From Desulfuromonadales bacterium GWC2_61_20 (GTDB lineage: Bacteria; Desulfobacterota; Desulfuromonadia; Desulfuromonadales; UBA2197), in assembly GCA_001799485.1 (NCBI GenBank), contig MGTO01000124.1:1-46799 (forward strand): a DNA stretch of 46,799 bases, in the 5' to 3' direction. The notes under the pieces are model-generated. The model was not told the origin of the DNA. It ran no database searches and was given only the letters and a program-made list of their open reading frames with translations. This document shows, piece after piece, positions 27,836-36,785 of the stretch (position 1 is the first letter of the stretch; every line of letters starts with the position of its first letter). The translations under genes were made by a program, and so were the position numbers.

Positions 27836-28492
27836 TCAGGGGATGATGCCGAGGAGTTTGTGGACCTGCAGCAAGTCGGCGGTTTCGGCAACGAGGATGG
27901 TCGGGATGCCAAGGGCATTGGCCGGCTTGAGATCGACCTGCTCGCGGTCGCCGACAAAAAGGAAACTCTCGGGCGGGCCGCCGATATTTTCCAGCACCCG
28001 ACGCAGGGCTTCGGGATCGGGCTTGGGCAGTCGGGAGAATTCGATGGTAAAGAGGCCACGGAACTGGTCCTCGACGCCTAGGAGCGCCAGAATCTTGCGG
28101 GTCAGGGGGAGATTGTTGTTGGTGTAGATATACAGTTCGCAACGCGAACGCAGGGAATCGAGGAGCGCACCGAGAACCGGATCGGCCGTCAGGTGACGCT
28201 CGGGGCGCACCCTGGACTGGAAGACCCGATGCAACTCACCCACCTCGATCCCGAGTTCGAGACAAGTACGCGTCAGGGTCGGCTCTTCTTCGAGGATTTC
28301 GGCGAGACGGCGCCGGGCCGCACGGATCAGCCCGCGCCCTTCTGCGGCCGAAACACCGCGGCTGACGGATACCAGTTCTTCGGCCGCGCGCTCGATCTCC
28401 TGGGCGAGTCCGGGAGAAACATACAGGGTCCCGTCCAGATCGAAGACAATGGAGCGAATGGCGTCGGGGGATGTGGGAAGGTGTCGGGTCAT
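27836..28492 (-). CDS. HAD-superfamily hydrolase (nucleotidase-like)
   Basis: FDLDGTL motif I, YTN motif II, KPDP and FVGDREQVD motif IV. Confidence 0.9.
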   Translation of the reverse strand: MTRHLPTSPDAIRSIVFDLDGTLYVSPGLAQEIERAAEELVSVSRGVSAAEGRGLIRAARRRLAEILEEEPTLTRTCLELGIEVGELHRVFQSRVRPERHLTADPVLGALLDSLRSRCELYIYTNNNLPLTRKILALLGVEDQFRGLFTIEFSRLPKPDPEALRRVLENIGGPPESFLFVGDREQVDLKPANALGIPTILVAETADLLQVHKLLGIIP

Positions 28493-28533
28493 ATTGTCAT
28501 CATTCGAGGAAGAACCTTCTTGTCTCCGGTTAA

Positions 28534-28570
28534 CACCACTTTCCTATAACACGCGTACCCCCGATGTCAA
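28534..28570 (-). promoter_or_regulatory. Putative promoter resembling the mraZ promoter
   Basis: Minus strand TTGACATCGGGGGTACGCGTGTTATAGGAAAGTGGTG. Confidence 0.5.
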
Positions 28571-28585
28571 TTCTTATCGCATTGA

Positions 28586-29353
28586 TTATTCCTGCAATTT
28601 CAAGGTAGTTTGCTTCGATTTAAGATGTTTTGCCACGCATTGCGGATCATTGACAAAGAGACCTGACACCCCCAGCAGCAAAAAACGGTCGACCTCGGCC
28701 GCGGCATCGATGGTCCAGGGGTAGACTGCCAAACCAGCTGAGCGACATGCCCGCAGAAGAGGGCGGCTCACCAGATCGGCACGCGGATGGTAGCTTTCGG
28801 CGCCTGCCGCTACGGCCCGCCGCACCCCGCGCCGCCAGAAACGGGTCTCTCCGAGAAAACCGAGGGAAAGCTCGGGGTCCTGCTGGTGCAGTTGCGTCAG
28901 CAGCCGATGATCGAATGAGGAGACCAACACCCGGCTGCGGGGAAAGTCCCGCAGCAAGCGCAACACCGCGGCCCCGGCGGCGGCGGTCTTGATCTCGATG
29001 TTGACGCGCAGTCGCTCCCCGGCCCAGGCCAGAACCTGCTCCAGCGTCGGAATCCGCTCCCCGGAAAAAGCCGGAGCAAACCACCCACCAGCGTCAAGAA
29101 GAACCAGCTCCGCCGCACTCCAGCGTGCCACCTGACCGTGCCCGTTGCTGGTGCGTTCCAAGGTTTCGTCATGAATGACAACCGGTATGCCGTCACGGCT
29201 GAGATGGACATCGAGTTCGATGCCGCCGGCACCGGCACCCTCGGCAGCGCGAAAAGCGGCCAGGGTGTTTTCCGGGGCCACCGCCGAGGCGCCCCGATGG
29301 GCCCAGAGAAAAAGGGTTGCCGCCTGCGCTGCCGACCCTTCCGGGCATCGCAT
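28586..29353 (-). CDS. Glycerophosphodiester phosphodiesterase (GDPD/UgpQ family)
   Basis: AHRGASAVAPENTL, IELDV, IHD and NIEIK. The start overlaps the rhodanese stop. Confidence 0.9.
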   Translation of the reverse strand: MRCPEGSAAQAATLFLWAHRGASAVAPENTLAAFRAAEGAGAGGIELDVHLSRDGIPVVIHDETLERTSNGHGQVARWSAAELVLLDAGGWFAPAFSGERIPTLEQVLAWAGERLRVNIEIKTAAAGAAVLRLLRDFPRSRVLVSSFDHRLLTQLHQQDPELSLGFLGETRFWRRGVRRAVAAGAESYHPRADLVSRPLLRACRSAGLAVYPWTIDAAAEVDRFLLLGVSGLFVNDPQCVAKHLKSKQTTLKLQE

Positions 29354-29742
29354 CACGGCGCGCCCTGCAGGACCGGGTAGCCGCGCACCTGCCAGCCCAT
29401 GATGCCGCCGGACATGTTGTAAACCTCGGCATAGCCCTTTTGCGCCAGATAACCGGCAACCTGGGAACTGCGCGAACCGACGGCACAATAAACCACCAGC
29501 GGCCGGTTTTGCGGAATTTCACCCTGGCGGGCGAGCACCTGATCGATGGGAATAAGCTGGGCTCCGGCAATGCGGACCTGCATAAACTCTCCCGTCGTCC
29601 GCACATCAAGGAGAAAGGGTAGCGGGGCCTTGCTCAGCAGCTCGCGCGCCTCGGCGGGGGAAACATCGCGCACCGGCGCCGCCATCGGCGAAGAGACCAG
29701 CAGGAAAAAGCAGAGAGTGGCGGGCAAAAGATATCTACACAT
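29353..29742 (-). CDS. Exported single-domain rhodanese-like protein
   Basis: Signal peptide, LDVR, active-site loop YCAVGSRS and GGIMGW. Confidence 0.88.
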   Translation of the reverse strand: MCRYLLPATLCFFLLVSSPMAAPVRDVSPAEARELLSKAPLPFLLDVRTTGEFMQVRIAGAQLIPIDQVLARQGEIPQNRPLVVYCAVGSRSSQVAGYLAQKGYAEVYNMSGGIMGWQVRGYPVLQGAP

Positions 29743-29882
29743 AGGGTCGAGCCTCCGTGATAATGGATGAATGCTTCAGGAAAATTGTATTCGCCTTTCA
29801 ATATGTTTTCCACCCCAAAACTTGTCATTACGACCGAATCATGCCATCATGCCCCGATTTCATCCCCCCTTGGAAGGAGTTC

Positions 29883-30842
29883 ATGAGCATGGATCGCAAC
29901 CTCGCACTGGAACTGGTCAGAGTCACGGAGTCTGCCGCCCTGGCCTGCGGACGCTGGGTCGGCAAAGGGGATAAGAATTCCGCTGACGAAGCAGCCACCA
30001 ACGCCATGCGGCGGACCCTCGATTCCATCGGTATCGACGGGACCGTTGTTATCGGCGAGGGGGAAATGGACGATGCGCCGATGCTCTATATCGGTGAGAA
30101 GGTCGGCAACGGCTCGGCACCCCAGGTCGATATCGCCGTCGACCCCCTGGAGGGGACCAATATCTGCGCCAAAGGGACAAGCGGCGCCATTACCACCATC
30201 GCCCTCGCCCCCCGCGGCGGCTTTCTCAACGCTCCCGACATGTATATGGAAAAGATCGCCGTCGGCCCATCGGCCCGCGGCGCGATCGACATCAATGCCT
30301 CGGCCACGGAAAATCTTACGCGGGTGGCCGCCGCTAAAAAATGTTATGTCGAGGATTTGACGGTGGTCATCCTCGATCGTCCCCGGCACGAAAAGCTTGT
30401 CGAAGAGATTCGCCGGGCCGGCGCCCGCATTCACCTTATTCAGGATGGCGATGTCGCCCCGGCCGTCGCTGCCGCCGTCGAGGGGAGCGGTGTCGACCTG
30501 CTCATGGGGATTGGTGGCGCCCCGGAAGGGGTTCTGGCCGCCGCTGCCCTCAAGTGCATGGGGGGCGACATGCAGGGACGCCTCGTGTTTATGTCGAATG
30601 AGGAACGGGAGCGGGCACTGACCATGGGCATCAGCGACTTCGAAAAAGTCTATACCACCGAGGAAATGGCCAAGGGGGACGTTTTTTTTGCCGCGACCGG
30701 CGTCACCAACGGCGACCTGCTGCAGGGGGTCCGCTACTACTCCGGCGGCGCCGAAACCCACTCCATCATCATGCGTTCGAGAAGCCGTACTGTACGCTTT
30801 GTCACCTCGCGCCACTGCTTCGATTTCAAGCCAGCGTACTGA
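29883..30842 (+). CDS. glpX: Fructose-1,6-bisphosphatase class II
   Basis: VIGEGEMDDAPMLYIGE, DPLEGT, APDMYMEK and GGAPEG. Start is 29883 or 29889. Confidence 0.96.
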   Translation: MSMDRNLALELVRVTESAALACGRWVGKGDKNSADEAATNAMRRTLDSIGIDGTVVIGEGEMDDAPMLYIGEKVGNGSAPQVDIAVDPLEGTNICAKGTSGAITTIALAPRGGFLNAPDMYMEKIAVGPSARGAIDINASATENLTRVAAAKKCYVEDLTVVILDRPRHEKLVEEIRRAGARIHLIQDGDVAPAVAAAVEGSGVDLLMGIGGAPEGVLAAAALKCMGGDMQGRLVFMSNEERERALTMGISDFEKVYTTEEMAKGDVFFAATGVTNGDLLQGVRYYSGGAETHSIIMRSRSRTVRFVTSRHCFDFKPAY

Positions 30843-30958
30843 ACAGACCAGAGCTTCCCCGGTGCTCCGCACGAGGGCGGGATAAATGCTTGTCATTTCA
30901 GAAACATGCTGATAAAATCCGGCCGTTTTGTGCTTCAATCCGTAGCGAGGGAGTTCCC

Positions 30959-31795
30959 ATGGCAATCATCACCATCTCAAGGGAAATGGGCAGCGGTGGC
31001 ATCCCCATTGCCCACAGAACAGCGGAAAAACTCGGCTACACCCTGGTCGACGGCGACTCCATTGCCGCAGTGGCCGAAAATTATGGTCTCACTCCGGAGG
31101 CCCTCGAGAACGCCGACGAAAAGCCTCCGGCCTTCGTTGAAAAGATCGATGAAAAGGTCGAGACTGACTTCCATCGGGTCGAGCTGATCATTCTCGACTA
31201 TGCCCTCAAGGGGAACGTGGTGATCTATGGCCGGGGCGGGCAGGATCTGCTCAAAGGGATCAGCAGTGTGCTGCGTGTTCGCGTCATCGCCCCCTTTGAT
31301 GAACGCGTCGAACGCTGGGCCGAACGCGAGTGGATCGATCCCGATCTGGCCCGCATTCTCGTACGCAAGAGCGACCAGCAGCGCGCCGGGTTCATCCGGT
31401 ACTACTTCGATCGCGACTGGCAGGATCCCCTCCATTACGATCTCAGCCTCAATACCTCCCGTATTTCCGATGAAACGGCCGTCAAGCTCATCTGCGAAGG
31501 GGTCAAGGACAAGAACCTGCAGGAGCACAAGGAAGCCGGCAAGAAATTACTGCAAGACCGTATCCTTGGCAAACGGGCGGAGATAAAGCTCCTTGGCGAC
31601 GGCATCATCGAAGGCCTGCATCACTATCACTTCCATATTGCCGTCACCGATGGCGTCATCACCCTGGATGGCCATGTCCACAGCAACGAGCAGCATCAGG
31701 CTGCCCTCGCGGCCGTGCGTTCCCTCGACGGGGTCAAGAGTATCGACGACCAGTTGGAGGTTCGCCACTATCGTTCAACCCCTTCTGAACACTGA
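30959..31795 (+). CDS. Cytidylate-kinase-like protein with C-terminal BON domain
   Basis: ITISREMGSGG, VIYGRGG and YDLSLNTS; C-terminal 'VTDGVITLDGHV...VRSLDGVKSIDDQL'. Promoter TTGTCA-17-TAAAAT at 30890-30918. Confidence 0.85.
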   Translation: MAIITISREMGSGGIPIAHRTAEKLGYTLVDGDSIAAVAENYGLTPEALENADEKPPAFVEKIDEKVETDFHRVELIILDYALKGNVVIYGRGGQDLLKGISSVLRVRVIAPFDERVERWAEREWIDPDLARILVRKSDQQRAGFIRYYFDRDWQDPLHYDLSLNTSRISDETAVKLICEGVKDKNLQEHKEAGKKLLQDRILGKRAEIKLLGDGIIEGLHHYHFHIAVTDGVITLDGHVHSNEQHQAALAAVRSLDGVKSIDDQLEVRHYRSTPSEH

Positions 31796-31813
31796 GCCCC
31801 ATCCCTATCTCCC

Positions 31814-31843
31814 AGAAAGCCGGCCCACAGGCCGGCTTTCTTC
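31814..31843 (+). terminator. Intrinsic terminator
   Basis: AGAAAGCCGGCC-caca-GGCCGGCTTTCT. Confidence 0.75.
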
Positions 31844-31948
31844 GTAATGACCCTTGTCGAGCCATTTCACCGCGTGCTATTATCCGCACCGGAAGAAGAC
31901 GCACGGCATTCCTCCCAATTTTTTTTGCACAAGGAGAAGACGGGAACC

Positions 31949-32695
31949 ATGTCAGGACACAGCAAGTGGGCCAACATCAAACACCGCAAGGGCGCGCAGG
32001 ACGCCCGTCGCGGCAAGATTTTCACCAAGCTCATCAAGGAAATAACCGTTGCCGCCAGGATCGGGGGCGGCGATGCCGATGCCAATGCCCGGCTGCGCAC
32101 GGCCATAGACAAGTCCAGGGTCGAGAACATGCCCAAGGACACCATTGAACGGGCCATCAAAAAGGGGACCGGCGGGCTCGATTCGGTCAATTATGAGGAA
32201 GGTACTTTTGAAGGTTACGGCCCCGGCGGGGTGGCGGTTATCGTTGAATTCATGACCGACAATCGGACCCGTACCGTCGCCGACGTTCGCCACATCTTCA
32301 GCAAGCATAACGGCAGTCTCGGCGTCAATGGTTCCGTGGCTTTCCTCTTTGATCGCAAGGGATTGATTTCCTTCCCGGCCAGCCACAACTTCGACGAGAT
32401 ATTCGAAGCGGCACTCGAGGCCGGAGCCGAGGATGTCAAGGACGAGGGGGATGTCTACGAAGTTATCACCGAGCCGACCACCTTTCACGCTGTTCGTGAT
32501 ACCTTGGCCACCCGTGGCCTCAAATGGGAAACGGCCGAGATCACCATGATCCCGCAGACCATGGTCAAGCTGGAAGGGAAACCGGCCGAGCAGATGCTGA
32601 AGATGATGGAAAAACTCGAAGACAACGATGACGTGCAGAACGTCTATGCCAATTTCGATATTTCCGAGGAAGAGATGTCCAGCCTCATGGATTGA
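31949..32695 (+). CDS. yebC: YebC/PmpR-family protein
   Basis: [28 protein letters not shown] and DDVQNVY. Confidence 0.96.
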   Translation: MSGHSKWANIKHRKGAQDARRGKIFTKLIKEITVAARIGGGDADANARLRTAIDKSRVENMPKDTIERAIKKGTGGLDSVNYEEGTFEGYGPGGVAVIVEFMTDNRTRTVADVRHIFSKHNGSLGVNGSVAFLFDRKGLISFPASHNFDEIFEAALEAGAEDVKDEGDVYEVITEPTTFHAVRDTLATRGLKWETAEITMIPQTMVKLEGKPAEQMLKMMEKLEDNDDVQNVYANFDISEEEMSSLMD

Positions 32696-32719
32696 CCGCG
32701 GGCGAGAAACTGCTAACGG

Positions 32720-32752
32720 GGCGAAGGGACTCGTGGCCTTTCGCCTTTTTTT
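32720..32752 (+). terminator. Intrinsic terminator between yebC and ruvC
   Basis: GGCGAAGGG...CCTTTCGCC followed by T7. Confidence 0.65.
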
Positions 32753-32782
32753 CTGAATGCCCCACATTGAAAGTCAGCAAAC

Positions 32783-33301
32783 GTGCGTATCCTCGGCATT
32801 GATCCCGGCACCCGCATTACCGGCTATGGCATTATCGAGCAGCGGGGAAACCGGCTCATCCATATTGACAACGGCGCCCTGTCCACGCGGTCTGGCGACG
32901 ACCTGGCGCCCCGCTTGAAGGTCATCTATGATGGCCTGTGCCGGGCCATCGACACTTATCGCCCGGAGGTTGTTGCCGTCGAACGTATCTTCCTGGCCCA
33001 CAACGTCCTCTCTGCCCTCAAGCTCGGGCATGCCCGCGGAGCGGCCCTGTTGGCGGCAGCCAATGCCGGCCTCCCGGTCTGCGAATACACCGCCTTGCAG
33101 GTCAAAAGTGCCGTTGTCGGTTACGGGCGGGCGGCCAAACCGCAGGTTCAGCAGATGATCAAGACCCTTCTCGGACTGCCGGAAATTGCCCGGGAGGACG
33201 CCTCCGACGCCTTGGCGGTGGCCGTGTGTCATGCCCACAGTCGCACCTTTATCTCCCGCGCCCCCGATCAGTCGACCGCGAACTTACAAGGGAAATCATG
33301 A
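32783..33301 (+). CDS. ruvC: Holliday junction resolvase RuvC
   Basis: ILGIDPG, AVE, HARG and DASDALAVA. Confidence 0.96.
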   Translation: MRILGIDPGTRITGYGIIEQRGNRLIHIDNGALSTRSGDDLAPRLKVIYDGLCRAIDTYRPEVVAVERIFLAHNVLSALKLGHARGAALLAAANAGLPVCEYTALQVKSAVVGYGRAAKPQVQQMIKTLLGLPEIAREDASDALAVAVCHAHSRTFISRAPDQSTANLQGKS

Positions 33302-33891
33302 TTGCCCTCCTCTCCGGCGATATCGCCTTCAAATCCATTGACCACGTGATCATCGATGTCGGTGGGGTCGGTTATCGACTGCTGATCCCCCTCTCGTCCT
33401 TCTATGCTCTGCCGGAACAGGGAAAAGTGCGCTTCCACGTCCACACCCATGTCCGGGAAGATACCCTTGCTCTTTACGGCTTTCTGACTTTAGAGGAAAA
33501 GGAACTCTTCCTTCTCCTTCTTTCCGTCAGCGGGGTCGGCCCGAAACTGGCACTCAACATCCTCTCACATATTCCCGCCACAGGTCTGCGGGAAGCCCTG
33601 GCCGGCAGCGACATCAAAGGGCTTTCCTCCCTCCCCGGCATCGGCAAGAAGACTGCTGAACGCCTCGTCCTGGAACTCCGGGAGAAGGTCGCACGCCTCG
33701 GCGACGGCCCCACTCCCCGCCCCCCCCTCGCGGCTCGAGCCGGTGACCACCTCGACGATACGCTCTCCGCCCTGCTCAATCTCGGCTACAAGGAAAATCA
33801 GGCGCGCAGGGCTCTCGAAAGCCTGGAGATCCCGCCGGGGACCCCTCTCGAGGAGATCCTCAAAGGGGCGCTGAAAGTGCTGGCGAAATGA
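33298..33891 (+). CDS. ruvA: Holliday junction DNA-binding protein RuvA
   Basis: [25 protein letters not shown] and [11 protein letters not shown]. Start MIALL overlaps the ruvC stop. Confidence 0.95.
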   Translation: MIALLSGDIAFKSIDHVIIDVGGVGYRLLIPLSSFYALPEQGKVRFHVHTHVREDTLALYGFLTLEEKELFLLLLSVSGVGPKLALNILSHIPATGLREALAGSDIKGLSSLPGIGKKTAERLVLELREKVARLGDGPTPRPPLAARAGDHLDDTLSALLNLGYKENQARRALESLEIPPGTPLEEILKGALKVLAK

Positions 33892-33955
33892 TGCCCGTTA
33901 TGGCAGTAAATGGACATCCACGGGGGATTGCCTGCATGACGCCAGCGGTGACCCT

Positions 33956-34975
33956 ATGAACGAGCGGATGATCAACGCCGGACTCGCTGGCGACGACGAC
34001 CGCTTCGAGCAGTCGCTGCGTCCCCGGACCCTCGATGAATATATCGGCCAGATCAAGGCTAAAGAGAATCTGCAGGTATTCATCGATGCGGCGCGAGGGC
34101 GTCACGAGGCTCTCGACCATGTCCTCTTTTACGGCCCCCCCGGCTTGGGCAAAACCACACTCGCCAACATCATCGCTGCGGAGATGGGCGTGAACATCAA
34201 GAGTACCTCCGGGCCGGTCATCGAAAAGGCCGGGGACCTGGCTGCCGTCCTCACCAATCTTGAAGCAGGGGATGTCCTCTTTATCGACGAGATCCATCGT
34301 CTTTCGCCGGTTATCGAGGAGGTCCTCTATCCCGCCATGGAGGACTTCCAGCTCGATATCATGATCGGTCAAGGCCCGTCAGCTCGAACGATCAAGCTTG
34401 ACCTCCCCCGCTTCACCCTGGTTGGGGCCACCACTCGCGCCGGGCTCCTCTCCTCCCCCCTGCGTGACCGTTTCGGGGTGATCAGCCGCCTTGAATTCTA
34501 CACCCCGCAGGAACTGGAAATCATCGTCCGTCGCAGCGCCGGCCTGCTGAATATCCCCATCGACAGCGAGGGCGGGAACGAAATTGCTCGTCGCAGCCGG
34601 GGCACTCCACGCATCGCCAACCGACTCCTCCGCCGGGTGCGGGATTTTGCCCAGGTCAAAGGAACGGGAATCATCGATCAGGCGTTGGCCGATCTCGCCC
34701 TGGGACGGCTTGAAGTCGACCAGTGCGGTTTTGATCACATGGACCGGCGCCTACTCCTGACCATCATTGATAAGTTCGCCGGTGGACCGGTCGGTCTGGA
34801 AACCCTGGCGGCCGCCATTGGTGAGGAGAAAGATACCATCGAGGACGTCATCGAGCCCTTCCTGATGCAGCAGGGTTATCTCAACCGCACGCCACGAGGT
34901 CGGACCGCTACGTCCTTGGCCTATCGCCATTTCCAACGCTTGCCACCGGCAGGAGAGAACCCCCTCTTCGCCTAG
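33956..34975 (+). CDS. ruvB: Holliday junction branch-migration ATPase RuvB
   Basis: [28 protein letters not shown] and RTPRGR. Confidence 0.98.
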   Translation: MNERMINAGLAGDDDRFEQSLRPRTLDEYIGQIKAKENLQVFIDAARGRHEALDHVLFYGPPGLGKTTLANIIAAEMGVNIKSTSGPVIEKAGDLAAVLTNLEAGDVLFIDEIHRLSPVIEEVLYPAMEDFQLDIMIGQGPSARTIKLDLPRFTLVGATTRAGLLSSPLRDRFGVISRLEFYTPQELEIIVRRSAGLLNIPIDSEGGNEIARRSRGTPRIANRLLRRVRDFAQVKGTGIIDQALADLALGRLEVDQCGFDHMDRRLLLTIIDKFAGGPVGLETLAAAIGEEKDTIEDVIEPFLMQQGYLNRTPRGRTATSLAYRHFQRLPPAGENPLFA

Positions 34976-34987
34976 GGGTCCACTTGT

Positions 34988-36334
34988 ATGTCAAACAGCC
35001 AGCCCAGCGCTTCAGGCACACGGTGGCAACTTAACGTCACCGAGAAGATCGTCGCCGGCTATCTTGCCCTCGCTTTCTTCAGCTTCGGCGCCCTGCTTCT
35101 GGCCCTCTTTGCCATCCACAGCCAAGCGGCAATTTCACGGGGTCTGGTCAACCGCGATTTCAAGGCGGTCGGCCTGATCCGTGACCTGCGCGGCAATCTG
35201 GCCGCTCAGGAGCGTCTGGAGCGCCAGTTCCTGATCCTGCACGATAGCGATCTCCTCTCCTTGCGACAGTCCCGATCCCAGGAGTTTTCTGCGAGCTGGA
35301 AGGCACTTGCCCTCCTCGATCTCGACGATATCCTGCCATTACACACCACAGCCGCAGCACTGATGCGGCAGCAGGAGACCCTCGGTGCATTACTCCAGGG
35401 AAATAGCCCCGCCGCAGAACTTTTGCTCGAAAAAGAGCTTCTCCCCTTACGCTCGACCCTGGATAAGGGTCTTCTCGAAGCCTCCCACAATCGGGAAGCG
35501 CTCATTGATCGTTCCTTGCAGCAACTTTACAATGAAAGCGACCGCGCCTACCGCTTCACGCTGGTCCTTCTGGTCGTCGGGGTTGCCATCGGCGGCGGCA
35601 TCGCCATCCGGGTAGTCCAAAGCATTCGTCACTCGCTGCGACGCTTGACCGAAGCTGTCCGCGATACTGCCGAAGAGCGCTTCAACCCTTCCCTGCATGA
35701 AATCGGTGACGACGAATTCGGCCGTCTGGCCGGGGAATTCGTCCAGATGGGGATCAAACTGCGCGACCTGAAACGCCAGCATTTGGACGCCAACCCGCTG
35801 ACCCATCTCCCCGGCAATCTTGCCATCGAACGCGAACTGGAGCGGCGCATCGCCAGTGGCGAACCCTTTGCCCATGTCTATATCGATCTTGACCATTTCA
35901 AAGCCTATGGCGATCGCTATGGCTACCAGAAGGGGAGCGATGTCCTGGCTTTCACCGGCGAGCTGATTCGCCGCAATGTCGAGGTCAACGGTAATCCCGC
36001 CGACCTGGTCGGCCACATCGGCGGAGACGATTATCTGGTCCTGACCACTCCGGGCTGTGCCGAGCCGATCGCTCGCAGCATCATCAAAGAATTTGACGAA
36101 GCACGAAAAACCTTCTATACCTCAGAAGACTGCGCGGATGGTCAGTATGAGGGAATCGATCGTTTTGGAGAAAAACGCACCTTTCCGCTCATGAGTATCT
36201 CCATTGCCATCATTTGCTCGGACAATGTCATTAACCCGACCCGACACTCCATCAGCGCGGAGAGTTCAAAGATGAAAGAACATCTCAAGCAGCTTCCAGG
36301 GAGTAATTATCTTGTCGATCGGCGCAAAAGATAG
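34988..36334 (+). CDS. Membrane diguanylate cyclase (periplasmic sensor-HAMP-GGDEF)
   Basis: Two TM segments, HAMP (DEFGRLA), DANPLTHLPGN, YIDLDHFKAYGDRYG and GHIGGDDY. Confidence 0.88.
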   Translation: MSNSQPSASGTRWQLNVTEKIVAGYLALAFFSFGALLLALFAIHSQAAISRGLVNRDFKAVGLIRDLRGNLAAQERLERQFLILHDSDLLSLRQSRSQEFSASWKALALLDLDDILPLHTTAAALMRQQETLGALLQGNSPAAELLLEKELLPLRSTLDKGLLEASHNREALIDRSLQQLYNESDRAYRFTLVLLVVGVAIGGGIAIRVVQSIRHSLRRLTEAVRDTAEERFNPSLHEIGDDEFGRLAGEFVQMGIKLRDLKRQHLDANPLTHLPGNLAIERELERRIASGEPFAHVYIDLDHFKAYGDRYGYQKGSDVLAFTGELIRRNVEVNGNPADLVGHIGGDDYLVLTTPGCAEPIARSIIKEFDEARKTFYTSEDCADGQYEGIDRFGEKRTFPLMSISIAIICSDNVINPTRHSISAESSKMKEHLKQLPGSNYLVDRRKR

Positions 36335-36338
36335 TCTC

Positions 36339-36707
36339 GTGTGGCGCGCCCTGCTGATCGTCATCTTCGCCCTCAGCGGCTGCCTGGCGCCCCCCCCTCC
36401 GTCCCGGAGCGAGCTGGCCCAGGCTGACCGCCTGCTCGTTACCGGCATTACGGATTTTCTTGAAAATCGTCCCCTCTCTGCCCTGGAAACCTTAACAACC
36501 AGCTACCCCCGAACGCATCAAGCCGAACTGGCGCGACAGATTCTCGGCTGGAAGCAGGCACACCCGGAAACGGTTTCGCCCCTGGCCACTAAAAAGTCTG
36601 TGAGTGACTCGGAATTGCACGAGTTGCGTGACGAAAATCAACGTCTCCGCTCCGATATTGAAAAACTGCGGCGCATCCTTATCGACAGTGAGCGCCGCAC
36701 CCCCTGA
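36339..36707 (+). CDS. Lipoprotein with C-terminal coiled coil (QseG/YfhG-like)
   Basis: Lipobox ALSGC, a helical body and the coiled coil SDSELHELRDENQRLRSDIEKLRRILIDSERR. Start uncertain (36312 or 36339). Confidence 0.75.
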   Translation: MWRALLIVIFALSGCLAPPPPSRSELAQADRLLVTGITDFLENRPLSALETLTTSYPRTHQAELARQILGWKQAHPETVSPLATKKSVSDSELHELRDENQRLRSDIEKLRRILIDSERRTP

Positions 36708-36785
36708 CGGCGTGCCGATTTTCCGGACGCCCCCACGCCTGCACTCTCGCCGAAGTGGCCATCTCCCCTGAAACCCGCCTTAAAT

